DNA of 64,000 nt from Chiloscyllium plagiosum (lineage: Eukaryota): positions 11,036,507 to 11,100,506 of the forward strand of contig NC_057719.1 in the NCBI RefSeq assembly GCF_004010195.1, written 5' to 3'. The notes below the pieces were generated by a model. That model searched no databases and was not told where the DNA came from. It saw only the letters and a list, made by a program, of their open reading frames with translations. The position numbers were made by a program, and so were the translations under genes. Shown here one piece after another: positions 1-13,739 of this stretch. Positions within the stretch are counted from its first letter, which is position 1, and every line of letters starts with the position of its first letter.

Positions 1-132
1 GAGCAGGAAAAATCGACATTTCGGGCAAAAGCCCTTCATCAGGAAATGAAGGGCTTTTGCCCGAAATGTCAATTTTCCTGCACTTCAGATGCTGCCTGAC
101 CTGCTTTGCTTTTCCTGCACCACTCTGATCTT
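1..132. mobile_element. Penelope-like element (PLE) terminus, inverted pair, truncated by window edge
   Basis: GACATTTCGGGCAAAAGCCCTTCA followed by its reverse complement TGAAGGGCTTTTGCCCGAAATGTC. Same family as the terminus attached to the GIY-YIG fragment at 33613-34417. Confidence 0.8.
15..42 (-). ncRNA. Minimal type I hammerhead ribozyme motif (PLE-associated)
   Basis: Minus strand CUGAUGA-A-GGGC-UUUU-GCCC-GAAA-UGUC. Core intact; helix I weak. Confidence 0.6.
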
Positions 133-739
133 GATGGTGGGATTTGAACCTATGTTCCCAGAACATTAGTCTGAGGTCCTGAGTAGTAAGCCAATGACAT
201 TACCACTATGCCACCACTACCCTTAGTTGACATGATGATAGTTTCACTCTAACAGCTGACAATTCTGATGTCCACAGGCGATTATCCTATTCAGTTTGTC
301 ACACAGATCCTGCTAGTTAACAGCCAAGGTTGTGTCTTCAGGAGTTCCACAAACCCCCAGAAAAATTCAGGGTCAACATGTGGGAACTACTCAACTGTGA
401 AGGGAGTTCTCTCCTATAGCTGGAGGTGAAGCCAAAAAGGAACATCAGTCTGAATAGAGCCTCTCTTTTAATTCTATTACAGAATGTGGGTGTCACTGGC
501 TGGGCCAGCATTTGTTGCCCCTCTCTAATAGCCCTTGAGAAGGTAGTGGTGAGCTACATTGTTGAGCTGTTGATGTCCACAGCCATAAGTACACTCACGG
601 TGGGGAGTTTAGGTCTTGATCCAGTGACTGAAGGAACAGCCTGTGTTATATGTTTACATGGGCGTGGCAGATAATGACACTGGTAGAACAGACGTTTTTT
701 TCTCTCTCTCAGAACAAGAAATGCAATATTTATAACATT

Positions 740-1900
740 TACAATTCTCCAGTCCTGTGGAAACATTCCCATATCTAAGGAGGATTGGAAGATTGGAAGG
801 AGTGGAGAAAGGTTTGTTGAGGAGTTCTCCATGGGTTAGTGTTGGGACCCTTGCTTTTCCTGATGCATGTTAATGATCTGGATCTTGGTGCACAAAGATG
901 TGGGGACAATTTCAAAGTTTTCAGATGATATTAAAACTGGAAGGATTGTAAACTATGAGGTGGACAGTGTGGAAATCCAAAACAACACTGACAAGATCAC
1001 TGTTGGAGTGGGCAAACAGGTGGCCCATGAGGCAATGTACTTTGGTCAAAAGAACACTATAAGCATAAAAGGGTGCAGGAGCAGATACACCTGAGTGTAT
1101 ATGTACACAGATCATTGAAGCTGGAGAGAGTAGAAAATAAAGCTGAGCTTTTCGCAGTTTTGTTAATAGAGGCATAGAATATAAGAGCAAGGAGACTTGT
1201 GCAAAACATTTTTTTGATCTTCACTCAATTATTGTGTACAGTCGATGATGCCACATTATGTTAAAAATGTGAAATTGCCAGAGTCGCGAGGACTATAGGC
1301 CTGCTCTCTCATTGGAGAGCGAAAAACACGACTGGTAGTAGCTTAACCCTGAGGGTTAACACACCTCAGGCGAGGAGTGAGGTTTAGATGGTGGAACTGT
1401 CATGGTAACCTCAGTTGGTGCAGGAAATGAACCCACGCTGTTGGCATCAGTGCGTTGCAAACCAGTCACCCATTTAGGAATTTATGAGAATGGATCCGCG
1501 GATGAGGAACTTCAGTTATGAGGACAGATTTAAGAAGTTGCGACTGTTTTCTTTGAAAAGAAGACGACTAAAAGGAGATCTGATAGAGGTTTTCAAAATC
1601 ATGCAGGGGCTCAATAGTGTTTCTCGATAGATAGAAACAGACCTTGCTCATAAAAGAACAAGAACAAACGGGCATAGAGAAAAAAAACTTTTCCCCCAGC
1701 TAACAGTTAGGGCATGGAATGCACTACCTGGAAATGCGGTGGTGGCAGATTCAATTGAGGCATTCAAGAGGAGCATTGCATGATTATTTGGATAGAAATG
1801 GTATGCGGGGATATGGGAACAGGTAGGAGATTGGGGTTAGGTAACAGAGCCAGTGCAGGCATAAAGGGCCCAATGGCCTCCTTTTAAGCTGTAACAGTGT
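740..1900 (+). mobile_element. Degenerate CR1 LINE ORF2 3' part, interrupted by a SINE (~1280-1475, minus)
   Basis: RT remnants SVLGPLLF and ISKFSDDIKTG; CR1-type 3' end near 1860-1900. Confidence 0.75.
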
Positions 1901-2784
1901 TGTGATTATAACCATCTTACCATCCGACATCTGGTCATGTGGTACCTGATCAAGTGCCATCATTTATTGTAGTGGTGGTTTGAAAGAGCTGTATGTTGAA
2001 TGCTGTACAAAAGAGCAACACGAGCCCATTAGCTGATTGATGTGATGTTGCAGAGTGATGTTCTGCAATTGTATTCTTGGGGTGGGGATTGTGTTGTGTG
2101 CTGTAATCAATCAGACAGTGGACACAAAGTCACTTTAATCACCTGAAAGTCAAACTCCTGTGTTCTGTCTGGTGACATTTTCTAGCAGTTGCTGGCAGAC
2201 CGTTGATTTAATTGAAGGGATCATTAAGGCTGTGAAATAGGAGATGTCACCCTGAAGTGCTATCCATTCTGTGTATGTTTTCCAAACCTCCTCCTTCCCT
2301 AAAAAGGGTAACACAGGCTAAAGTATGTTGACTATTTGTACCAACGAAGCTCCATGAATTACTCTACAATGGACCAACAATGACAAAAGCTGGTGGAAGC
2401 ATTTGTGAACCATAGGTTTAAGCTCACTTGCTCCCTTAAGTATCTTAGACTTACTATATGCTAGTAGCCTATACCTTCAACAATTTACCTGTTCTATCAC
2501 TGAAGCACAGTAGCAGCAGTGTGTACCATCTACAATATGCATTGACGCCATGGTTCAGTGGGTAACACACTCACCAATAAATCTTTGAGCATACAAATCT
2601 AGACCAACATTCCACGGGTAGTAGGAGTGCTGCTTTGCAGGTGTTATCTTTCAAACCAGCCAATAAGATAAGGCTTCATTTGCCTCTGAAGGAGGGAGGG
2701 AGAAGCTACGAGCCCTCTGACACAAATAACGGAGCATTATTCCCAAACACTTACATCTTAGCTAATATTTATCTCTCAGTATTA

Positions 2785-3340
2785 GAGTGCAGGTTCATAG
2801 CTCCTTGAAAGTGGAGTCGTAGGTAGATAGGATAGTGAAGACGACGTTTGGTATGTTTTCCTTTATTGGACAGAGTATTGAGTACAGGAGTTGGGGGGTC
2901 ATGTTGTGGCTGTACAGGACATTGGTTAGGCCACTGTTGGAATATTGCATGCAATTCTGGTCTCCTTCCTATCGGAAAGATATTGTGAAACTTGAAAGGG
3001 TTCAGAAAAGATTTACAAGGATGTTGACAGGGTTGGAGGATTTGAGCTGTAGGGAGAGGTTTAATAGGCTGGGGCTGTTTTCCCTGGAGCTTTGGAGGCT
3101 AAGGGGTGACCTTATAGAGGTTTATAAAATCATGAGGGGCATGGCCAGGGTAAATAGACAAAGTCTTTTCCATGGGGTTGGGGAGTCCAGAGCTAGAGGG
3201 CATAGGTTTAGGATGAGAGGGGAAAAATATAAAAGAGACCTAAGGGGCAACTTTTTCACTCAGAGGGTGGTACATGTATGGAATGAGCTGCCAGAGGAAG
3301 TGATGGAGGCTAGTACAATTGCAATATTTAAAAGGCATTA
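2785..3340 (+). mobile_element. CR1 (HER1-like) LINE ORF2 C-terminal fragment
   Basis: ORF 2835..3341 has LYRTLVRPLLEYCMQFWSP...[13 protein letters not shown]...FFTQRVVHVWNELP. Confidence 0.9.
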
Positions 3341-3439
3341 ACAAGGGATTATCAAGCAATTTAATTCATTCAGTGCAGTGTTCATTTCCCATCGGACTTG
3401 GTCCTTGAGAGTTGCTGGTGACCTGCCTTCTTAAACTAC

Positions 3440-5030
3440 AAGTAGGAACAGTTTCTTGCTATCTACTCAACCCAATCTCTTCCTGATTTTGTAAACCTCT
3501 ATCAGATCTCCTTTGAGCTTTCTTCTCTCCAAGAACTATCCCAACTTTTTTTTGATTAGGTTCCCTACAGTGTGGAAACAGACCCTTCGGCCCAACAAGT
3601 CCACACTGACCCTCCAAAGAGTAACCCATTTCCCTACCCTATATTTACTCCTGACTAAGGCACCTAACACTACGGGTAATTTAGCATGGCAAATTCACCT
3701 GGCCTGCACATCTTTGGACTGTGGGAGGAAACCGGAGCACCCAGAGGAAACCCACGCAAACATGGGGAGAATGTGCAAACTCCACACAAGACAGTCACCC
3801 AAGGCGGGAATCGAACCCAGGTCCCTGGTGCTGTGAGGCGCCATGCCACCCAAACTTCTTCAATGTATCCTCATAACTAAAATTTCTCATCCCTGGAACA
3901 ATTCTTGCAAATCCCTTCTGCACTGTCTCCAATGCATTCAATTCATTCTTATATGGCATTGCATCCTTGCTTTCTCTTCATGGCTTATTTTCCGAACTAT
4001 CTTTGTCACCTAGGCAAATCTGGTGACCACACGTTCATTCCCTTCTTCCAAGTCATTTACACAAACTGTAAACAGTTCAGGTCCCTGCACTTACCCCTGT
4101 GGCATATTACTCGCTAACATCTTTCCAAATTGTAAAACAACCCACTAATGCCTGTTCTCTGTTTTCTGTGGGCCAATCAATCTTCTCTCCATATCAGGAT
4201 ACTTCCTCCTACCCTATTAGCAATTATTTTCCATGATAATGTACAGTATGACACTTTACCAAACACCTTCTGGAAGTCTAAGTACAGTATATCTACCAGT
4301 TCCCCTTCATCCACGACGTATATCATCTCCTCAAAGAACTCCAACAGATTTGTCAAACGTAATTTCCTTTTCACAAAACCATGTTGACTTTGCCTGATAC
4401 CTTGAACTTATTAAAGTGCCCTACAATAAATTTCTGACAGTTTTCATATGACAGCTAGAGAGCTAAATGGCCCACATTCTGCCTTCCTCTCTTTTTGAAT
4501 AAACAAGTTACCTTCTTTACCTTCCAATCTAATGGGAATGTCTCCAAATCGAGGAAGTTTTGAAACATTAAAACCAATGCGTCAACTATCTCACTAGGCA
4601 CTTGTTAGTCACAGCTTCAATGACTTACTCAGTACTACTTCCTGGTGATTGCATTTGTCCCTTGTTCCTCCCTCCTTTCTATGTCCTGATTTATCACTGC
4701 TTCTGTCACGTTACTTGTATCCCCTACAGTAAATACGGATGCAAATTATCTGCTCAATTCTTCTGCCATTTCCTTATGATCCATTATTATTTCCCAATCT
4801 CAGTTTCTATAGATCCCCCAACGGCTCACTATGTTCACTCTTTTCTTTATCAAATATTTACAGAAACTCTATCTTTTTACCTTTCTCTCACACTCCATTT
4901 TTTCATAATAATTATTTTGGTCATTCTTTGTTTGTTTCATATCCTGTGCAATCTTCTGACCTGATACCTTGTCTTTGCACAATTATTTGCTCTTTCTTTA
5001 AATTTGATGCTAAATTTATAATTTCTAGTC
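3440..5030 (-). mobile_element. Degenerate CR1 LINE, interrupted by an HE1 SINE
   Basis: ORF 4177..4374 contains the CR1 RT motif LTNLLEFFEE...VDILYLDFQKVF. Confidence 0.75.
3554..3851 (-). mobile_element. HE1-type V-SINE
   Basis: Reverse complement of tRNA-like head (B box GGTTCGATTCC), V-domain GCGTGGGTTTCCTCTGGGTGCTCCGGTTTCCTCCCACAGTCCAAAG and CR1-like tail. Confidence 0.9.
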
Positions 5031-5034
5031 ATTA

Positions 5035-5984
5035 AATCATAGTCGTAGAGATCTACAGCATGAACCAGGCCCTTCAGCCCAAGACGGCCATGCCAACCAG
5101 GTTTGCGAAACTGCACTAGTCCCATTTGCCTGCATTTTGCTCACATTCCTTTTCTATCCATGTACCTGTCTAAATAAAGAGTCAGAGAGTCATAAAGATG
5201 TACAGCACAGAAACAGACCCTTCGGTCCAACTCATCCATACCGACCAGATATCCGAAATTAACCTCGTTCCATTTGCCAGCACCTGGTCCATATCCCTCT
5301 AAATCCTTCCTATTCATATATCCATCCAGATGCCTTTTAAATGCTGTAATTGTAACAGCCTCCACCACTTCCTCTGGCAGCTCATTCCATACACTCACCA
5401 CCCTCTGAGTCAAAAAGCTGCCCATTAGGTCCCTTTTTCAATCTTTCTCCTCTCACTTTATACCTCTGCCTTCTAGTTTTGGACTCTCCTATCCTGGGAA
5501 AAGAATTGATCTACTTATCCTATCCATACCCTTCATGATTTTATAAAGCTCTATAAGATCACCCCTCAGCCTCCGATGCTCCAGGGAAAATAGCCCCAGT
5601 CTATTTAGCCTCTCCCTATAGCTCAAACCCTCCTACCCTGGCAACATCCTTGTAAATCTTTTCTGAACCCTTTAAAATTTCACAACATCTTTCCGGGAGC
5701 ACGGAGAACAGAACTGCACGCAGTATTCCAACAGTGGCCTAAATATTGTCCTGTACAGCCAGAACATGACCTCCCAACTCCTGTACTCGATGCTCTGACC
5801 AATAAAGGAAAGCATACCAAACACCTTCTTCACTATCCTATCTACCTGCGACTCTACCTTCAAGAAACTATGAACCTGCACTTCAAGGTCTCTTTGTTCA
5901 GAAACACTCCTCAAGACCTTATCATTAAGTGTATAAGTCCTGCCCTGATTTGCCTTTCCAAAATGCAGCACCTCGCACTTATCT
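5035..5984 (-). mobile_element. CR1 LINE 3' fragments (nested 3' ends), continuing at 7608
   Basis: ORFs 5141..5425 and 5672..5971 are the CR1 ORF2 C-terminus; the sequence resumes in register after 7607. Confidence 0.88.
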
Positions 5985-7607
5985 GGATGGCAGGGTGAAA
6001 TGTGAGGAGGATGTTAGGAGATTACAGGGTGACCTGGACAGGTTAGGTGAGTGGACAGATGCATGGCAGATGCAGTTTAATGTGGATAAATGTATGGTTA
6101 TCCACTTTGGTGGCAAGAACAGGAAGGCTGATTATTACCTAAATGGAGTCAAATTAGGTAAAGGGGCAGTACAAAGAGATCTGGGTGTTCTTGTACACCA
6201 GTCAATGAAGGCAAGCATACAAGTACAGCAGTTGGTGAAGAAGGCTAATAGCATGCTGGCCTTCATAACAAGAGGGATTGAGTATAGAAGCAAAGAGGTT
6301 CTTCTGCAGCTGTACAGGGCCCTGGTGAGACCGCACCTGGAATATTATGTGCAGTTCTGGTCTCCAAATTTGAGGAAAGACATTCTGGCTATTGAGGGAG
6401 TGCAGCGTAGGTTCATGAGGTCAATTCCTGGAATGGCGGGNNNNNNNNNNNNNNNNNNNNNNNNNNNNNNNNNNNNNNNNNNNNNNNNNNNNNNNNNNNN
6501 NNNNNNNNNNNNNNNNNNNNNNNNNNNNNNNNNNNNNNNNNNNNNNNNNNNNNNNNNNNNNNNNNNNNNNNNNNNNNNNNNNNNNNNNNNNNNNNNNNNN
6601 NNNNNNNNNNNNNNNNNNNNNNNNNNNNNNNNNNNNNNNNNNNNNNNNNNNNNNNNNNNNNNNNNNNNNNNNNNNNNNNNNNNNNNNNNNNNNNNNNNNN
6701 NNNNNNNNNNNNNNNNNNNNNNNNNNNNNNNNNNNNNNNNNNNNNNNNNNNNNNNNNNNNNNNNNNNNNNNNNNNNNNNNNNNNNNNNNNNNNNNNNNNN
6801 NNNNNNNNNNNNNNNNNNNNNNNNNNNNNNNNNNNNNNNNNNNNNNNNNNNNNNNNNNNNNNNNNNNNNNNNNNNNNNNNNNNNNNNNNNNNNNNNNNNN
6901 NNNNNNNAGAATTATGAACTTGCATTCCTGGCCTCCGTGTTCCACAATACGATGCAACGCCCAATCACTAATTGTATTCCGCATTCTTATTTGTCTTTCC
7001 AAAATGGACAACCTCACACTTGACGGGGTGAACTCCATCTTGCCACTCCTCAGCCCAGCTCTGCATCATATCCAAGTCCCTTTTCAGCGACAACAGTCCT
7101 GCTCACTATCCACAACTCCACCAATCTTTGTATCGTCTGCAAATTTACTGACCCACCCTTCGTCTCCCTCATCTAAGTCATTAATAAAAATTACAAACAG
7201 CAGAGGACCCAGAACTGATCCCTGCGGAACTCCACTTGTAACTGGGCTCCAGGCTGAATATTTACTATCTACCACCACTCTCTGCCTTCGACCGGTTAGC
7301 CAGTTTTCTATCCATTAGGACAGAGATGAGGAGAAACTTCTTCACCCAGAGAGTGGTGGGTGTGGGGAATGCTCTGCCCCGAGAAGGCAGTGGAGGCCCA
7401 GTCTCTGGATTTGTTTAAGAAAGAATTGGATGGAGCACTCAAGGATAGTGGAATCAAGGGTTATGGAGATAAGGCAGGAACAGGATACTGATTGAGGATG
7501 ATCAGCCATGATCATAATGAATGGTGGTGCAGGCTCGAAGGGCTGAATGGTGGTGCAGGCTCGAAGAGCTGAATGGCCTACTCCTGCACCTATTGTCTAT
7601 TGTCTAT
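5985..7607 (+). mobile_element. CR1 LINE of a second subfamily inserted into the preceding CR1; spans a gap and contains an inverted CR1 RT piece (6908-7315)
   Basis: LQGDLDRLGEW...WQMQFNVDKC...RPHLEYYVQFWSP; ends in a (CTATTGT)n tail. Internal minus piece encodes [20 protein letters not shown]...FADDTK. Confidence 0.88.
6441..6907. other. Assembly gap (N run)
   Basis: Run of N. Confidence 1.
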
Positions 7608-8820
7608 CTAAATTAAACTCCATCTGCCACTCCTCAGCTCATTGGCCCATCTGATCAAGATCCCATTGTACTCTGAGGTAACCTTCTTGCTGTCCACTAC
7701 ATCTCCAATTTTGGTGTCATCTGCAAACTTACTAACCACACCTCCTATGTTCACATCCAAATCATTCATATAAATTACAAAACGCAGTGGACCCAGCACG
7801 AATCCTTTTGGCACACTGCCGATCGCAGACCTCCAATCTAAAAAGCAACTCTCCACCACCACCCGTTTTTGAGGCAGTTCTGTATCCGAATGGCTGGTTC
7901 TTCCTGTATTCCACACACAATAACCTTGCTAACCAGTCTACCATGAGGAACCATAATGAAGGCCTTACTGAAGTCCATACAGATCATGTCCACTGTTTTG
8001 CCCTCATCAATCCTCTTTGTTACTTCTTCAAAAAACTCAATCAAGTTAGCGAGACACAATTTCCCATGCACAAAGCCATGTTGACTATCCTTCATCAGTC
8101 CTTGCCTTTCCAAATACCACATTTTAAATGTTGCAATTGTACCTGCCTCTACCACTTCCTCTGGCAGATCGTTCCATATATACACCACTCTCTGTATGAA
8201 AATGTTTCCCTCAAGTCCCTTTAAAATCTTTTCCCTCTCACCTTAAACCTATGTCCTCTAGTTTTGGATTCCCCTACCCTGGGGAAAAGACCTTGGCTAT
8301 TTACCCTAACTATGCCCCTCATGATTTTATAAACTTTTATGATATCACCCCACAAACTCCTACATTACAGGAAAAGAGGTCCCAACCTCATAAATCGAAT
8401 CTTCCAGTCTTAGTAACATCCCCGTAAATCTTCTTTGCACCTTTTCCAGTTTAATAACACCCTTTCTATTCCAGGGCAACTAGACTTGTGCACAGTGCTC
8501 CAAATGAGGCCTCACCAATATCTTGTACAGCCGTAACATGACATCCCAACTCCTGTATTCAATGCTCCAACCAATGAAGGCAAGCATGTCAAATACTTCC
8601 TTCACCACTCTGTATATCTGTTATACCACTTTCAAGGAACTATGGACCTGCGCCTCTAGGTATCTCTGTTTGACCGCACTCCCCAGGCCCTACCATGATC
8701 TGTGTAAGTCCTATCTTGGTTTATCTTACCAAAACGCAACACCTCACATTTATCTGAATTAAATTCCATCTGCCATTTCTGGGTCCACCTGCCAAGTTGA
8801 TCAAAATCCCATTGTACTCT
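7608..8820 (-). mobile_element. CR1 LINE RT fragments
   Basis: ORFs 7608..7916 and 7838..8188 contain FADDTK, SQHGF and NLIEFFEEV motifs. Confidence 0.85.
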
Positions 8821-9426
8821 AAGATGACCTGAGATAGTTTATCAAGGTTGGTTGATCTATCCCTTTGCGAGTTTTTGTACACATGGCAATATAACTATTT
8901 GCTGTTTTTTGAAATATCCACTTAAATGTCTGCTACCACTTTTCCACTGACATGTCCTTTAACCCAATTTGCCAATTCACTTTAGCCAGCTCTGCTCTCA
9001 TACTGTCATAATTGTCATTATTAAATTAGATGACCCCACTATTTCATTGAGAATCCTGTCTACATCGCCAGTTATGTGGCCCCAGTCAGGTGAAGACTGT
9101 CCCATCAGATGCAAATCCTACTTTCCCCAGTCCGGATGCTCGCTCTTCACAAACCTGAACCCACATCTTCCACACCAGTTTTTCAACCATGCATACATCT
9201 CTCTACTTTGATTGGCACTATGGTTCAGGTAATAATGCAGAGATCTGATTTGCCAGTTCTGCTTCTTAACTGGGCACCTCGCTCAACATACTGCTAACAC
9301 AGAACCGCCTTCTTTGTCCTGCCTGTGTTGTTGGCAGATACCTGGACCACGACGATGAGCTTTTCTTGGTAGTGGACAATGAAGTCATGTGCCCAGACCA
9401 CATTCTGTGCCTTTGCCACCCTCAGT

Positions 9427-9584
9427 GGGCGGCACGGTGGCACAGTGGTTAGCACTGCTGCCTCTCAGCGCCAGAGACCCGGGTTCAATTCCCGCCTCAG
9501 GCGACTGACTGTGTGGAGTTTGCACATTCTCCCCGTGTCTGCGTGGGTTTCCTCCGGGTGCTCCGGTTTCCTCCCACAGTCCAA
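9427..9584 (+). mobile_element. HE1-type V-SINE, young copy running into the gap
   Basis: GGGCGGCACGGTGGCACAGTGGTTAGCACT (A box), GGTTCAATTCC (B box), then the V-domain. Confidence 0.92.
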
Positions 9585-10084
9585 NNNNNNNNNNNNNNNN
9601 NNNNNNNNNNNNNNNNNNNNNNNNNNNNNNNNNNNNNNNNNNNNNNNNNNNNNNNNNNNNNNNNNNNNNNNNNNNNNNNNNNNNNNNNNNNNNNNNNNNN
9701 NNNNNNNNNNNNNNNNNNNNNNNNNNNNNNNNNNNNNNNNNNNNNNNNNNNNNNNNNNNNNNNNNNNNNNNNNNNNNNNNNNNNNNNNNNNNNNNNNNNN
9801 NNNNNNNNNNNNNNNNNNNNNNNNNNNNNNNNNNNNNNNNNNNNNNNNNNNNNNNNNNNNNNNNNNNNNNNNNNNNNNNNNNNNNNNNNNNNNNNNNNNN
9901 NNNNNNNNNNNNNNNNNNNNNNNNNNNNNNNNNNNNNNNNNNNNNNNNNNNNNNNNNNNNNNNNNNNNNNNNNNNNNNNNNNNNNNNNNNNNNNNNNNNN
10001 NNNNNNNNNNNNNNNNNNNNNNNNNNNNNNNNNNNNNNNNNNNNNNNNNNNNNNNNNNNNNNNNNNNNNNNNNNNNNNNNNNNN
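9585..10084. other. Assembly gap (N run)
   Basis: Run of N. Confidence 1.
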
Positions 10085-10569
10085 AGTTTTCTTCTGTCCC
10101 AATCGATCTTTTCATAGCAATAAAGAAAATAGGAACAGCATAAGGCCACTCAGCTTGTCTAGACTTCTCTGTCATTCAAATAAATCATGGCTGATCATCT
10201 GTCACAATGCCACTTTCCCGCATTATCTCCATGTACCTTGATGTCATTAGTCTCCAAAAAGCTATTGATTTTCTTGAACTTGCTTAATGATTGAGTTTCT
10301 ACAGTTCACTGCAGTGGAGTTCATGAAAATTCACCAACTTTTGAGTGAAGAAATTCATCCTCATCTCAGTCATAAATACCTTACCCCATTAACCTGAGAT
10401 TATGTCCCTGGTTCTGGACTCAACAACCAGGGGAATCATCTTAGCAATATCCACCTGAGCCCTGTAATAATCTTATAAGTTTCAAGGAGCCAATGCTTAT
10501 TTCTCAAGATTCTCAGGAATCTTTTTTTCAATCTCTCCTCATAAAACAATTCTGCCACACCAGGAATTA

Positions 10570-10994
10570 GTCTAGATTATAGTGGTGCTGGAAAAGCACA
10601 ACAGGTCAGGCAGCATCTGAGGAGCAGGAAAATCGACATATCGGGTAAAAGCCCTTCCTGATGAACGGCCTTTGCCTAAAACGTCGATTTTCCTGCTCCT
10701 CGGATGCTGCCTGACCTGCTGTGCTTTTCCAGCACCACTTTAATCTAAAAATCACACAATATCAGGTTATAGTCCAACAGGTTTAATTGGAAACATTAGC
10801 TTTTGGAGCGCTGGTCCTTCACCTGATGAAGGAGCGGTGCTCCAAAAGCTAGTGCTTCCAATTAAACCTGTTGGACCATACTCTGGTGTTGTGTTATTTT
10901 TAACTTTGTACATTCCCAGTCCAACACCAGCATCTCCAAATCACTCTAAACTAGATTCTGGTCTCCAGCATCTGCAGTCCTCACTTTCTCCGCT
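10570..10994. mobile_element. Nested PLE termini: a family-1 inverted pair with a family-2 inverted pair (~10748-10943) inside it
   Basis: Two palindromic units, each centred on a CTGATGA motif (10658, 10823). Flanking direct repeat CCAGGAATTA at 10560 and 10995. Confidence 0.8.
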
Positions 10995-12579
10995 CCAGGA
11001 ATTAATCTCTGTCGTGCACTTTCAAGGGAAACTATATCCCTCCTTTGATATAGGGACCAAAACAGAACACAATACTCCAGGTGAGATCTGCATACAAACT
11101 GCAGGAAGACATCATCACTTCTGCATGCAAACATCTCTGCAATAAAGGCCAAATGAGCATTTGTCTTCCTAACCGTTTGCTGCTCTTGCATGCTATCTTT
11201 AAATAATGTATGAAGAAAGTATACTACCTCTTCTCTCACTTCACTTTCTTTCAAGTCCACAAATCCCTTAGTCACCAGGTATTTCTGGAAGATTTCCTGT
11301 ATCTTCTTCCATGCAGATGCATGCAAAATACGGCTTCTCCACCATTTCCCTGGTTTTCCACTGTAAATTCACCAGGCCCCAGCTATAAGAGGCTGACATT
11401 TGTCCTAGCTCATCTTTTCATTTTCACATACCTAAGGAGGCTTTTCTTTGCTGTCCAACTTTATGTTCCCAGCTAGTTTTCATGCAGTTGAATAAAACAA
11501 AGAACTATGGATGTTGAAGATCAAACAAAACAGGAATTGTTGGTAAAATCCAACAGGTCTGGCAACATCTCTGGGGAGAAAACAGAATTGTTTTCATTCA
11601 GATTATCTTTTTACAGTTTTAATCAAGTTCTTGGTCCTTCTTGGCCAGATTCTAAATTGCTCCCAATCTTCAGGCTGACTATTTTTTCTGGCATCCTGAT
11701 AAGCTACTTTCTTTGATCAAATGCAATACATACATAAAAAGCAAGAAAGTAGTCAGGGAAAGAGTCGGCCCACTCGAGGACAAAGGAGGGAATCTATTGT
11801 GGAGCCAGAAGAGGTAGGTGGGGTCCTCAACAAATCCTTTGTGTCGGTATTCACCACAGAGAAGGAATTAGTGCAGGATAATCTCAGGGAAGGGAGTTAC
11901 AAATTTCTAAGTCAAGTTGCTATTAAAAGGGAAGGGTGTTGTGCGTCTTAAAAAGTATTAAGGTCTGTCCCCGGTTCTGATGGGATCTATCCCAGGATAC
12001 TGAGGGAGACAAACACAATAGCAGCATTCAAGAAGCACCTGGATGAATACATGAACAGGAAGGAAATAGAGCGACACAGATCCTGTAAGTGAAGTCAGTT
12101 TTACTATGGAAGGGCAAAATATGTCAGCGCAGCCTTTTGGAGGGCGGGGAGGTTGAAGAGACTGTTCTTGTGCTGTATTGTTCATTGTTCTTTGATCTAG
12201 CCACAGTTGACTTGTCTTTCTTGTTGGGTATTTGTGTCCTAGAGGAAGGCTGTTTACTTCTTTTAAGTTCATTCACGGGATGAGGGCATCACTGGTTAGG
12301 CATTTATTGCTCATCCCTAATTGCCCAGAGGGCAGTTAAGAGTCAATCACATTGCTTTGGGTCTGGAGTCACGTAGTCCAAACCAAGTAAGGATGGCAGT
12401 TTCCTTCCCCAAAGGACTTTAGTGAACCAGATGGTATTTTTAACAAATACTAGCCATTCCTGCAGACTGCCAAATCTTTTAATGTATTTTCCACTCCACT
12501 ATAATCAATTTGCCCCTCATACCTTCATAATTTCTTTATTCAGATATAAAACCTTACTTTCAGAATTGACTTAGAACTA

Positions 12580-12890
12580 TGGAATCATTATAGTGTGGAA
12601 GCAGGCCTTTCAGCCCATCCAGTCCATACCATCCCTGTGAAGAGCATTCCACTCACACACCCCTCCCCTCCCACCTTCCCTGTAACCCTACATTTTCCAT
12701 AGACTGTACATCCCCTGAACCCAATAGGCAATTTAGCATGGCCAATCCACCTAACCTGCACATCTTTGGACTGTAGGAGGAAACCAGAGCACATTGGAGC
12801 ACCCAGAGGAAACCCAAGTGTGCAAACTCCACACAGAGAGTCACCTGAGGCTGGAATTGAACTCAGGTCCGGGAGTTGTGAGGCAGCCAC
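12580..12890 (-). mobile_element. HE1-type V-SINE
   Basis: Reverse complement of head, V-domain and tail as in the other copies. Confidence 0.85.
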
Positions 12891-13739
12891 TGAAACACAG
12901 TGGCAAATTTAATTCAAAGTTCTATAATATTATGGTCACTATAGCTCCAAAGGTCTTTTACAGCAATGCTATTAATTAGCATTTTCTCAGTATTTAACAC
13001 CAAATCCATAACTGCTCAATTCCCAGTTGGCTCCTCAAAGCATCTTTAGAAATCCATCTCGTACATACTCAGAATTCACCCTCCATGTCAGTTATGTTAG
13101 TTTAATTAATGCAGTCTAAGTGTAAAATGTAATTGCCAATTATTACTATTCTACCCACATTTTATGCATCTCTAATTTCCTGATTTAGACCATTTCAACA
13201 TTACCATATCTAATAACCAACCCACCAGTGTAGCTGCCCGGTTTTTATTCTTAGCTATATCCAAACTGATTCTACAGCTTGATCCTTCAATCTAATATCC
13301 TCTATTACTAATGCTATAATATCATCCCTTAATAAGAGTGTTGCCCCACCTGCTTGCCCTTTTCTCTTATCCTTCCTAAATGATGAATATTTTTGGATAT
13401 TCATTTCCTAATCTTGGTCACCCTGCAGCCACGTCTCCGTAATGGCAATTAAATCATATCCATTTATCTCAATTTGTGCATTCAATCATTTTTGAAAATA
13501 CTGTTGCAAATTCAGATAGAGTGCTTTAATTCTCCTTTTGATCCTATTTGATGCTTGCTTTTGCTTTGTCTGTCTTTGATTATGCCAAAAATGGCGACTT
13601 AATGATAATGTCACTGGATTAGTAAACTAGAAGCTCAACCTTCAGACATAGTTTCAAATCCCACCATGCCAGCTGGGGAATATAAATGCTGGCATTTCAT
13701 GGCCAGTTATGATCAGTGAGAGTGGCCATGAAACCATCA

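Noticed and set aside
5929..7038. Long ORFs (183-395 aa) here and at 9379-10241 and 44176-45510
   Set aside because: They are artefacts of reading through N gaps; the real parts are CR1 or SINE sequence.
9427..9500. tRNA-like A/B box sequences as tRNA genes
   Set aside because: They are SINE heads continuing into a V-domain, with no complete cloverleaf.
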